Shown piece by piece: positions 1-12,824 of a DNA stretch of 64,000 bases (its first letter is position 1; each line of letters begins with the position of its first letter). Source of the stretch: Chrysomallon squamiferum (lineage: Eukaryota > Animalia > Mollusca); assembly GCA_012295275.1 (NCBI GenBank), contig CM022672.1, positions 15,624,001-15,688,000 on the forward strand. The letters run 5' to 3'. The notes below the pieces were generated by a model. The model saw only the letters and a list, made by a program, of their open reading frames with translations, searched no databases and was not told the DNA's origin. A program made the position numbers and the translations under genes.

Positions 1-1550
1 CATAACAGTGCAGCTAACTGAAGTGATGAGTGGACTTTTCACAACTCTGTGGTTTATTTCAGACTACATGCAGACAGTCCACCTGCGACTTGGTTGGGAA
101 CTGCTTTCATCAAAGAAACTGCACAAAAAATTTGCTAACAAAATGTGTCATGCAAGAAGAGATCTGCGTCTTGTCATCACTTAATATCAGTGACACTTTT
201 ACAAAAATATACACTTCATATTTAGTTGTTTTATTGTCAGAATATATTACGTTTTTGTGAAAAAAAAAGGTTGAAATGAAGCAACACATCTTTTTTTTTT
301 TTTTTTTTTCTTCCTTTTTTTCAGAACATCTGCAAACAGTGTCTGTTCAAAATGGCTGGGTTCCTCTTCAAGAAAAGCAGATTAATAGAAAGTTTAACAA
401 CAAACGTACAAACTGCAAGCAAAAAATTTGGCCTAATTAATACGTAATCAACACCATAAACTGCCAAAGGTTGTCACTTCTTTGTGTCATTTTCCTTTCA
501 AAACATGTTCATAAAGAAAATGTTTAAAGATGTAATAAAATTACTGTTATATTAAAATTGTTCTTTTTGTTTCTTTTCTTTTATGTGTGCAAATGTGTGT
601 GTGTGTGTGTGTTGATGAATAGTCCATTACAATCATCATAAAATCATAATTGATACCATAATCATCAAACACAGTCTTAAGAAGTGGAAGTGTCTTCACT
701 CATATCATCATCATTACATACAAAACACATGACTGGAGTGAATATAAATAATAAAATTAAAATAGTCAGGACAGGTCCTTAATCAGAAAATGTTGACTTG
801 TTATTTTAGTAACTATTTAACATTTACAATTTAAACAAGCTCTTCAGCAGTCATCTGAATATTGTTTTATTTTAGAGCATGTATTTCTTTTGATTTTTTA
901 ATGACTGTAAATAAATGCTTTCTGGAGTTAATTGAGTTATTTTATTTGAAGTAACACACTATGTGGTTAGAAGTGACATTGGCTGAATGCTTCTGGAGAG
1001 TGGAAAAAAGAAAATACCTTCTTTTTATTTTTATTCTTTTTTAAATACTTTTTTCTATTGATTTTTTTGCAAAATTTATTACAAAATAAGATATATTAAT
1101 AACTGTATATCAATGTTATTTGTTTCTTGCTCAAAAAGAAAAATTCATTTACTTGTTTACTGAACAAGAATACTGTAGATATAGACTTAAAATAATTGTC
1201 AGCCATTTATTTATAAAACAGTGTTAAAATATTTTCAGTCTTCATCTTCTACTCATGTTAACTGTTAACCTCATGAACAGTTTTAACAACTGCAGACAAG
1301 ATCACTCAGTGTCGTGATTCTTGTCAACTCTTGAATCCATTACTTCATTATTTAAGTGGTTTATCATTTTGAACTGGTCTGTTTTGCTAATTGAGTTAAC
1401 TGTTTCTGATGGCATTTACTAAGTGACATGGTTAATGTATTTCTATAAAGGTTTCATGTGAAGTTTAACTGTAGAAAACCACAGAGTTCTTGAAAACAAC
1501 CAAAACAGGAAGAATCTGAAAAAAAACAGTTATACTACCATTTCATAAGT

Positions 1551-2450
1551 ATGTCTTCCATTCTGGCAAGTGATAGTGTCCTTTACAAATCAAACAAACG
1601 TGTGGGATTGGGTGATATTACAAACACAGTTTGTGATAAAGAAATATCCAGAAGTGACACCAAGTGTTTTTGTCAATCATCTGTTTTCCCCGAGCCTGTA
1701 AAGATCTCAATGTTGAAGAAACAATCATTGAGAAAGAAATATAGCATTTCTGTGGAAGTTACTTCAGAAGAAATGCTAGTAAACAGAGAAGATGTTGGAA
1801 TAGTAAATGTAAAAGAAAATGTTTCAGGAATGCTTGTTGTCAGTAATGCATCTCCACTTGATGTGAATGAGAAACAACTAACAAAGACAGAAAAAACAGA
1901 GATGAGTTTTCAAGCAAGTGTCATTTGGGATGGAAACAAAATGCTTGATAATATTGTCAACAACTTTGAAAAAGCAATAAAATATGATTTGTTGCAGAAT
2001 GAAGTGGATAAATTTCACATACATAGCATCAAAAAGAGAAATTTCTTGGAATCTGATAGCAAGACAAAAGATACTTTGTTGAAGACTAATGTGGAGATAT
2101 TTAATATTCCAAATAACAATCAAAGACGCTGCACGTATTTCTCTAACCATCACTCTCATCATCAGATGAACACAGGGCAGTTCCTGGAAACTGAACATGG
2201 TCATTTCACTGGAGCTGAAGAAACAAAAACCAAAGATGTATGTAGTTCTTGTGCATGTCATAAGCTAAATACATGTGAAGACGAAAACATTTCATCAAAA
2301 CTGATTCAACTTCAACACAGAAGATTACGTTTATGTCAGAAAGATGTTGATTTAAAGCAAAAGAGCATTTTGCTGAAACAGAAAGGAATTTTACTTCTGC
2401 AGAAGCAAGTCAAAGTGATGGAAAAAGCAAACCAGTTACTTAGATTGTGA
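1551..2450 (+). CDS. Hypothetical 299-aa protein with a low-complexity body and C-terminal coiled coil; probably a terminal exon
   Basis: 900-nt open frame in very AT-rich DNA; heptad-like LIQLQHRRLRLCQKDVDLKQKSILLKQKGILLLQKQVKVMEKANQLL; AATAAA at 2629. Confidence 0.55.
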   Translation: MSSILASDSVLYKSNKRVGLGDITNTVCDKEISRSDTKCFCQSSVFPEPVKISMLKKQSLRKKYSISVEVTSEEMLVNREDVGIVNVKENVSGMLVVSNASPLDVNEKQLTKTEKTEMSFQASVIWDGNKMLDNIVNNFEKAIKYDLLQNEVDKFHIHSIKKRNFLESDSKTKDTLLKTNVEIFNIPNNNQRRCTYFSNHHSHHQMNTGQFLETEHGHFTGAEETKTKDVCSSCACHKLNTCEDENISSKLIQLQHRRLRLCQKDVDLKQKSILLKQKGILLLQKQVKVMEKANQLLRL

Positions 2451-3949
2451 AGTGATGGAAATCAATCCAGATTGTAATCAAGAACATAAACATAGTCTTA
2501 ATTTTGAATTTACAAAGCAATTTTATGTTTAAAAAAAAAAAAAAAAAAAAAAAATAATATCTGTTATAACTATGTTTTCAGGAGTTTATATTATAGTGTT
2601 ATGTAGTTGAAAGTAAACCAATTCATTAAATAAATTTATTTTAAATTTATTTTTTTGTATTTTTGTTTTAAAAGACATACAGATTATAATAAGTTTGAAG
2701 GAAAAAAAAAAAAAAAAAAAAAAATGAACCAAAAAAAAAAAAAAAGAAAGAAAGAAATGGTAAAGATATCCTATATATATATATCTGTAAATTGTAATGC
2801 ACTGTCCATCTTGAATGTTCTACGCTCATTGTTTCCCATGCGCTTGCTAAGTGAGAGCATTGATGTTCCTTTCTGACTAACGAGTGTCCAACTTAATTTT
2901 GATGGGAAATTCATGATCCTTTCAGATGAGACTACTTTAGCTTTCCTGTGTTAATGGGGAAACCGCGAAATGGCAGAAACAAAACCACGTGTACGTTCCA
3001 GTGTGTAAAGGAAAGCACGCTACAATGTGAAGACCTAAATGGGTGAAATGGCACGATTCTTCAGTAAATAAAAATATCGCACACTTTCAGTGAAACAAAA
3101 GCAAGCACTGCTTTGGAAAGAGGGAATGTTTCTCTATTATTATTACAGGCACCTTTGATGAAAAAGTTTATCTGCATCGAGCTGAGGAAAGACAGCAATT
3201 TTCAGCTTTGCAGACAGTTGCCCAGTTCACCCGCCAGTGCCTCCGATTAGTTCCGATTACAGCCGAAAATAACATGGTTTTTGCAAAAACGTAATTATCA
3301 TGACGTAATCTCCATAACTACAAAATGTTTTATAATTTTTAAAGCTTGTCTAGTAAGTATAAAATTTTAATTCTAGGAAAACAATTAATTTCTAAGTGTT
3401 TTAAGTAGTTAAGGAGGTAATTGTTATCTAATTTGAGACATAAACATTGAATTTCGTTCTTGCTTAAGAATTATAAAACAAATAATTTATAAATTATTTT
3501 TGATATAAAACGTATTTATATAGGGTTTAAATAATTATTACCAATTAATTATTTAATGCTTGAAATAATAATTATAACTCTAAGAGTTTTGTATTTGATA
3601 ATTACAGGTAGTTCTGTGCTGCGCTTAATCCTCCACCCCAAGCTAAAAAAAATAAAAAAAATAATAATAATAAAAAATGGAACGAAGCACCAATTGGTCA
3701 TTGTTGGAAGACATTCTGACAGAATTTCGATCAGAAGATAAATATCTCGAAATAGCCAAGCTATTCGTAACTATCAATTTAATATTTATTTATTTGTTTA
3801 TTTATTCTTTCTTTCTTTCTTTACTTTTGCTGAGGGAATTTGTTATTAATTGAATATTTAAATTAGTTTTACTATCAGTTGACAACGATTAGAGTTCCAT
3901 TTCACAAAGACGACTCTTATAGGGTGGGGAACACATTTAATTTCAGTCA

Positions 3950-4585
3950 GAATTGCCCTGGGATAGCCGCACCTCGTTATATTTCTACAAACGGGTATCG
4001 CTAGACTCGTTGATACACTACATTTTACATTTATCTTTTAAAAAAAAGCTGAACTGAAACTTAATGCAACTATACTGCTACTACCCGCCCGAACTGACAG
4101 AGACGTCATCAGAACGTGTTTCCGCTGAACCTCGAGTTAAGTCAAGGTCATCAGAAAGCGACTGATCAAGATGCACCAAAACCTGAATTCTCTGGGACGG
4201 TTCTTTTCATTTTTTTTTTTTTTTTTTTTTTTCTCTCTGAAAAAATGACCATTCATTTCATATACAGTGGTACTTTGACTTTATATCCGTATATCCGTAG
4301 CTCGTATATCAAATCAAGTTTTCCCCAACTGAACTTAATTGAAATACTATTAATCCGTTCCAGTCCTCCAAAAAACATCCCATTTTTTTAACATTATTTT
4401 TTTGTAACGTGTTTTTAATTGTGGTGAGGTAACCACGTGAAGTAAACGAGTGAGACATGGGATTTTGGGTGGATGTTTTATTGTTTGTTGCGCCAACTAG
4501 CGGCGGCGTATCAGAACATCACTCATAACTCGGATTTTGGCACACTACTCGAGACAAAAAATTGACCGGGCGATTGCTCATAACT
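3950..4585. promoter_or_regulatory. CpG-enriched putative promoter
   Basis: Many CpGs relative to the CpG-depleted flanks; GC box CCCGCCC near 4084, CRE-like GACGTCA near 4102, E-box CACGTG near 4434. Confidence 0.4.
4263..4365 (+). mobile_element. Tc1/mariner (Tigger-like) MITE left-end fragment
   Basis: TA followed by CAGTGGTAC..GACTT, then TTTTCCCCA..GAA..AATTGAAA..ATTAATCCGTTCCAG; resembles Tigger-type MITE ends from memory; no right TIR found. Confidence 0.4.
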
Positions 4586-5956
4586 GTATATTCAACATTG
4601 TCTGACTGTACCTCCACCTTAGTTAACAGATGTCAAACTTATTTAGACACATCACCTCTTCACACTGTTCATTACAGACTGTGTGTTGGAGACCTTAATT
4701 TATTTCAGATCAGTTTCTCATTTCATGTTGTGATTGTTTATTCAGAAGTATTTAGCTTTTTAATTTATTCTTCTGCTTTGTGGCAATACAGCTGGTTCTG
4801 ATGATTGAATAAATGTGTTCAGTTAGTGTTAGTTGTGAAAAAATACACTTGGTATATTTGAAACTTGGTTCAAAACATAAATATATATATACTATATAAT
4901 TATATAGGTCACTCAGTACAAACTTCATTATTTAATCTACTCTTTGGTGGATATTTGCCTCATAAAATTGACTGCCACATTAAAACGATTTCTCATTCAA
5001 ATGTATTCAGAAACATATGTATATGCCACAGAATCTATATTCCCCCATATATAAGATGTCATGATATAAAACTGATTAAAAGTAATGATTCATACAGTGT
5101 TGATATCTGAATTTTTTACATTATAGTATTATGTAGCATTTGTTGACATTTGGCCATTTCAATAAAAAAAATTACAGTTAAAAATATATATATGTATATA
5201 GTATTGGATACAACATTTCTATAAATTTGGTGGCCCACTGATTAGAGTGGCCTAGGTTTGGCCTGCAAGTAGGTAAATCCCACCCTGATTTTTGTCCATG
5301 TGTCCTCAACATACTCTTTGAAGACTGCTCTGAGCCCCTCTCTCAGGAGGAAAAGGCACTCAACACATCATTTTTGTTTTTATACATTCTTCACTAGCAC
5401 TAAGAGATTGTGAAGAAAACTGCAATTTGTCAAAAGATAAAAGATGAACCCTCTAAAAATTAACTTTTCAGATTTTCTAATTTATCCCTTCAATGTCTTG
5501 ATCTTTTTACTCTGATTAATTTGGAATAAAAACTATATTTGTACGACAGTAGCAAAGTAACAAATTTTCTAAGATATTTTTTTTTTTTTTTTTTTTTCTA
5601 GTGCAAATGTTTGATTTTGCCAACTTTGGCTTTTTATATCAATGTAAATATACTTTGCAGAGTTGTGAAAAAAAAGTTAAACTGAATATTTGCAACACAC
5701 AATATTATGAAATAAGCTTTGTCAGAGTCAATCTCAACTTCAGAATTGATCTTTAAAAATTGAGATTTCTTCAAAATGTTAGTTGTGCACTAATGGCCCC
5801 TACACATTAAATTCATATCTTTGGAACTATTTGACTGACAGCCTTGAATATTTTTTATCACTGAAATCAGGGTAAAAAGATCTACAACTGTAATTAGAAG
5901 TCAGTCTAGTATTTCCCAAAGAGAAAAATTACTTATGTATATAATTATGTTTTCAG

Positions 5957-8750
5957 AATGAAAATTACCTGGATAGCATTGGCCTACAATCACCAAAAAT
6001 AAAAGACGAGGTAATTTAAATTACAAACTTTTATTTTACTTTGATGAAAAAAAAAAAAAATAATAAAAAATTCTCTTATTCCAAATAATATTACTGGATT
6101 CATAAAAATGAACATTTTAATTATTTATGCCTATGTTAATTATTGGATACATGATTATGTTTTCAGAACCAGAATTTCAACCCAACCATTGACCGACAGT
6201 TGCCAAAGTATCGTGAGGTAATTTAAATTTCAAACTTTTATTTTACTTTGATGAAAAAAATTAAACTCTCTTATTCCTAATTGTTACTATTTTACCTAAT
6301 TTTTTATTCATCATTGCCTCCCCCGAAATCTTCCATTTATACTAACACAAGTTGAACAAGCTTTATACTAAACTTGTCACACATTACATTGCAACTACTG
6401 TCACTATATATGTCAGAAAAGAAACATTATCAAAATCATATTTCCTAGTTGAAAAAAAAAAAAAAAAAAAAAACTGTTACAGTAAAATAAAAAATTTAAA
6501 TTAATAATATAATTAAATTCTCTTTTCAGTTGGAGAATAAAAATGATGGTAAGTGTCAGTAAAAAAACAACAAATAACCCTTGAACAAACAAAACAACAA
6601 ACAACTTAAAACTACATAATTACATATCCTGTCTGTTATATCTGGGGTTTTGATGGGTTTTTTTTAAATAGATTTTTGTTTCTTATTCATTGAGTATTGA
6701 CTAAAAAATTAACTCTTAACTGACATCTTTAGTGTATAATTTAACTTTAATGTTTTTAACTATAAGAAAAAACTGAAAAAAACAAGAACGAAACAACTGA
6801 TTTGATATTTTGTAATAGAAATGTTTGTCCATTAACTCTCATTCATTATTCACTTCTGGTTTTTTTTATTCTTTTTAAAAAGATCTTTCTCAGTTTAAGT
6901 GGATATTTGAATGCGAGGCTGATGATAAAATGTCAGAGGTAAGTGGATCAAGTATAAACAAGGTTTAATACTTGTTAATATTTGCATAGTTATTTTTTCT
7001 ATTAATAAAAACAGTCATTTTAACCTTCAACAGATCACTGCAAAGATATTTTAAAAATCTCATGAGTAGAAAAACAAGTGTTTGGATTGTATCTAATATC
7101 AGTGAGTCTTCAGAGAGTGTTCTAGATGGTCATTGGACTTCTGGCTTGAGACTTGTTACTAAAAATAAGATACTTTACGTATTCTTGCTGATGGTTATGT
7201 GTAATCATTAAATAAACAAGATCGTTATTTAAAAGGTAGAATTACATCTTCCATGAATTGCCATAGAGGTGTACTTTTTTTTAATTATTGTTATGTTTCA
7301 CAAGATATGGTTTCTAAAACCAGATAATTTGGAAGTATACAAAATGTAATGTTTCTTATATTCTCAAATTTAACATTACACAGGCACATTTTAATTAGAA
7401 AATTGTTGATTCTGCAGGTACAAACTCAAACACCCAAGTGAGTAACTTTTAATACTTAGAGTTATTAAAATATGAAAACATTACTTGGTCATTTAGAAAT
7501 CATTGTGTGACATTTTAGATTTTCCCTTAGGTTATTTTCTCATGTTGCTCTTTTAAAATCTTTCATTTAGTCAAAATACAACTATCTTTAAGAAACTGAA
7601 GTAAATTAATCAGAAATATTTTACTTGTAAAGATAATATAAAAATAAATTGATAAAATACTGTTAGAATTTGATGAAAGAAAAAACACACTTGGATAACC
7701 TGTTGTCAGAAATTCTGAAATCCAGAAACTTCAAAAATCCTCAACATTTTAATGGTAGTTAATTTGCAAACTAAAATTTTCATTAAAAAAGAAGGCAGTA
7801 ATAAATATAGATGAACAGTACTTACTTCACAACATTAGCAGAGCTAAATTCTGTTTGAGTATATTGTTATTTATTATGTAAATTTTCTTTCAAAGATCAA
7901 AGAGCAAAAAAAAGAAAATCAAAAAAGGAATTTATTGGCTGGGTCATCTCTTCATGAAAATATGCTGTAAGTTATGCATAAAGAAATGAATACTTGTAGT
8001 TACATGATGTTATTATAGCCACTGTGAAATGCAGACAGTCTAAACCAGTGATCACCACAGCGGGTGATGCTGTCCTCTTGGGGGCAATAGCCATTTTTTT
8101 GAAAGGCATTAAAGATAATTCCTTTGACATTTCTCCATTCTTTCACTCAAGAGTGCAATGTAAATAAAAATTCCTTACTCTTACTGAATGCGATACAGAA
8201 ATATAGGCATGTACATGTAATACTTCCAAAACGTCCTACTCTTTGTCAAAAATGTATTGAATGTTCCAAGTATTTTGGGTCATAAAAATGTATATCACTG
8301 TTCATTTTGACAAAATATGGTCAAAGATCTACCCTTTTATTTCATATTTCAGCTTGCTGCAAAAATTACTGTTTGTGAGCAGGTGCATGTAAAAGATCGC
8401 TGTACTTGTTAAGAGTAACTCACAGGGTTATAGCAGTTCTTTTCTCTCTTGATATAATCTTTAATAAATACAAATATCATTCTCACATCCAATAACCATT
8501 GTTACTATATCATTAAACTTAAATTTAAATCAAATCATTTCTTTCTATTTCAGAAAAGGACAAATGAAAGAAATTGTTTTTGTTTTTTTAGTTGTTTTGT
8601 TGTTGTTTATATTTATTTTTACTTACATTTTTATTATTAATAAAATCAATTATAATTAATAAATTTGTGATTTGTAGAAATTTTTAATATGATAGATAAA
8701 TAAGTTGTTGTCTTTTCAGGAATTTAAAGGAGATAGCTTATTTCTCATAA
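5957..8750 (+). other. Candidate small-exon gene, lncRNA or decaying gene
   Basis: Series of AG/GT-bounded segments: 5957-6010, 6167-6217, 6530-6548, 6883-6938, 7034-7101, 7418-7437, 8353-8382. The first four join in frame (NENYLDSIGLQSPKIKDE-NQNFNPTIDRQLPKYRE-LENKND-DLSQFKWIFECEADDKMSE), then a stop follows. Confidence 0.45.
8382..8552 (+). mobile_element. Degraded SINE fragment (Nin/Deu-domain-like)
   Basis: GGTGCATGTAAAAGATC..AAGAGTAAC..CAG..TTTTCTCTCT resembles the recalled Nin/Deu core consensus; ends in a CATTTCTTTC-like tail. Confidence 0.3.
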
Positions 8751-11700
8751 ATATATTTTGTAAGATATTTTTTAGCAAAACAACATAAATATAAAACTAA
8801 AGTAAATATTTTATATTTAATAAATGTGTTTAAAAAAGATATATATTTAAAATAAAATACCTAAATACTTAATATTTAATAATATATATATATATATATA
8901 CACACACATATATGTATTTTATTTATTTACCAAATGTGACTTTAAAAAAAATGATGTAAATAATATATAATAATAAATATAATTACGTAGTTTGTTTTTT
9001 CTGAAGATATCTACAACCAAAAACAGGTACATACTTTATTTATCTACTAAATGTGATTTAACAAAAAATTATATAGAGAGATCTAAAAAAACAAAATAAC
9101 TCGATCATTTAATAAATGTTTCTGATTTATTTACTAAATGTGATTTTAAAAATAAAAATAATATAAATTATATACATTAATGAATATAATCATCTACTTA
9201 TTTTTTTTTCTGAAAATGTACAGATAAAAAAATAAATAAATTATAAAGAAAAAAAATTTGTTTAATTTGTTTATTTGTGTATAAGTGCAAATAATAACTT
9301 TGAATTTCTAAGAGAAAAAGACAATTGTTGCTGGATTACATGACATACAGCCTGAGAAAACAAAATAGACTAAAATGATGATGGTGATTATGATACTAAT
9401 ACACATCTATGTTAAATGTCATTAAATTCTAGCAATTATACGTTCACATCTACGATAATATCCACATATCAGGACTCCAGTCATCTCTCCTTATCTACAT
9501 AACAAAAATATGTTCATTTAATTTATGCAGATAATTTATACATCTTAAAGTGATTCTCCAAATTTATATTGTTGTTTCTAAAAGTAACTTTGGAGCTGTA
9601 CTCTTTCTGTATAAAGGCTTTTCAAGTATTCAAAAAACAAACAAATGTGAAGCATTTTATTAAAAAATGTAGCAAGTTGAAAGATACAGTATAAAGCAGG
9701 AATAAAGCTGGTTGTATACTGGTCCTTCAAATATTTCCCTTTCCAACCAGTTCTCCAGTTTATCAAAGTCTGTGGCTGTGCTTTCCTGAGTATGGGTCTT
9801 GTGTTAAGGTCATGTTAGGTACTCTGCTCTCTGTGGAATAGTACAGAGAAGAGATCCTTTGGAAGAAATATTTTGAGTGCCTTGTTAAATCCTTTGCTTC
9901 CTTCTTTTTCTGACCTCCTTGCATTATATACATAACATAACATAATCTCAGCCAGATCCCTTGCTTGATATAGATGATGAACCAAGATCTCTTAAAGTTT
10001 GATGGTAGCAATAAATTTCACTTTAAATGTATTCCATGCCACTTCTACACTGATAAAACTGAATACATCAGACCAGTATACCTTACCAAGATCTAAATGG
10101 AAAAAGTCTAATACCATACAAACCATGAATGAATATTTTTCTAATACAAAAACAACACGGAAAAAACAACAACACAGGCACACAAAGTTGTAATGATAAA
10201 AAAATGACAAAATAAATATTTAGTTTTTAAATTCAATTTATTAAAATTAATTTGTTAGAGTTTTTTTTTATATATTTCTAACCTCCCTATAATACAGATA
10301 TCACAATAATTATCAAAGATAAAAGTGGTCATTTTTAAATTAAAAAAACAAAAATAAAAATAAAATAAAATAAAACAAAAATTATATTTAATAATTAAAA
10401 AAAATATATTAAAAATTAAAGTGAACCATGTATTAAATAAATAAATCCAGCTACAGTGACAAAAGATGGACACTTGATTAGACTTTTTGTTATCAAACAT
10501 TTAGAATTGTATATAATAAACATGATGATCATGATTACTATTATAATACAACAGAAAATAATAAAAATAATATATATATAATAAAAAATAAAATAAAACT
10601 GAACAATCAAATTTCTATCATGGAATGTAAATATATTCTAAAATGATAATGTTAGTGTGTTTAGAAGTGAGGATCACATACATCACAGTTAATACTTCTG
10701 AGTAATCACTAAATGTGAATCTAAGAAGGTAAGAATTTTGTCTGAATAACTTAAAAAAACAATAACAGGATTAACTACACAAGCATGAACATGTTTTAAT
10801 GTATACAATACATTATGCATTAAAACATATTCTTTAATTCTGATGTAAAGCTCAAATTATGACTTAAAATTTTCCGTTTTAAAAATAAAATTTTATAAGA
10901 ATAACAATTTATTACAGAAAGGTTGTTCAGTTTAAAAAAATTAAAATTATAAATGAATCATAAGATATAATTTTGGTAATAACATCTGATATAAAAGTTC
11001 TTTAGGCTAGCACTGGGGATGGACTTAATTAAGTATTTTTACACTGACTAACATTTTAAAAGAACTGTTTTAAAGAGTATTTTCTTTATTTTAATTTTTT
11101 ATCTTTGGCAAATAAAAATATAAATAAATCAACATCAAGTTGAAATAAATTTCAAGTATATAACATTTATTTCAGTAATTTTAATTGTATCTGAATGAAA
11201 CATAAACAAAAATAACCAAAGTGAAATAACAAACTCCATCTCCTACCCTGCCAAAAAAAATCTCTCTCCATCACAGAATGAAGAATCACTTAAAAATAAT
11301 TTGATCTTTATTTTTTTATACTTTAGAATAATAGTGGTATCCAATTTTCTGTGTACATTAATCCAGAATATAACAACCGATCTTTAATGTATCAAAAACA
11401 AATATTAACAAATAATCTTTTCAAACACTACTGTTATAATTATTTCAATATATAAAAATTCATCGGTATCATTTAAAGAACAACAAAGCTGAGATCAGGT
11501 AATAACAGCTTATTATTAAACAGCTCTCAGAGATCAACATGTACAATGATGACTATATACGTTATTAAGTACACTTGAATTGAAAATATATTCATTTCTT
11601 TGGTCAGTTCATACAATACTGTCAATAATTCACCATTATTTCTTGAGTAGCAAAAAAATAACCAAACATTCTAAATCTTTGTGCATTATATTAAGAATAT

Positions 11701-12085
11701 TATCACTGAGGTAGATAATATACTCATTTAGAAGAAAGGTAAGGACCACATTCTGTAATTCACTGGCAGAATGGTTCTCTCACATTTATTTCTGGAGTGA
11801 TTAGTGTTAAATAAATGATCTGAATCCTGTTACCAATATACGCACATGTGCACACACATACACACACACTTTTTTAATCAATTCATACGTTAATCCCAAA
11901 TCTAACAGAAATTTTCTGAAACAATTTCGTTGTAAGAACTAAGAAATGTACTTGTTTTCAATTCACTGAAATTACAATTATTTTCTTTTTTTTTGGACAA
12001 TCACTTTTAATATTTATCCAAATTCTAATAAATCTGTCTCAGATAATCAAGTTAGGTACTTCCAATAATAATTCCAACAAAAACA

Positions 12086-12255
12086 TTAAATGTTATCTTT
12101 GGTAGTGTCACTGTCTTGATCAATCTTTACTGGTTCCTGACTGGCCATGAAAATACGCAACTTCTGTATGATGTCAATTGGTGTTGATGCTGACGTCGGT
12201 GACGATGGCCCACCACTTGAGTTGCTTGAAGAAGGAAGACTATTCCACATTTGAA
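12086..12255 (-). CDS. PPIP5K: PPIP5K last coding exon ([22 protein letters not shown]...KDNI*)
   Basis: TAG acceptor at 12256-12257, phase 1, TAA at 12086. Confidence 0.85.
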
Positions 12256-12791
12256 CTAGAAAATCATAAAACATTTTTGTCATGTAAAAACAAATTCAGT
12301 TAAGAAAAAAGAAATAGCAAAATCATTTATAATACTCTCTATATATTCTGTTGCCTTTTAATAATGATACTGAATGTTTATATTCTGATAGGCTGTATTT
12401 TTGTTTTATTATTATTTAATTAGATCGTTTTTTTTTTGTTGGTTTATTTAAAAAAAAAATACAAAATAAATAATAATACTAATATAAATAATAAATATGA
12501 AAAGATAAAACAAGAAAGAAATAACAAACCTTTATCTGACTGAAACTGAAGGCCTGGAGGTGGCTGGTTTGTGTTGGATGACGATGCTGCATTGATGAGG
12601 CTGTAGTGTGGGGATGCAACGGGCGTTGCAAATTTAGTAGCTGTAGCTTGCTCAAGAAAGTAATCCATGTCCTTGAATGTGAGAGCGTTGTGCAAGGTCT
12701 CTAGAGGGTGGAGCGAGGGCACCATGTCAAACCCAGCAAATGCTGTAAGATTTCAATACAGCTCACCATAAACATGTGAAAATACATTCTA

Positions 12792-12824
<33 letters not shown>

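Noticed and set aside
1878-2261. 127-aa minus-strand ORF
   Set aside because: Antisense shadow of the 1551-2450 ORF with no motif
9580-10130. GC-richer block with short ORFs downstream of the PPIP5K stop
   Set aside because: No coherent frame or motif; probably an old repeat remnant or 3' UTR sequence that cannot be classified by eye
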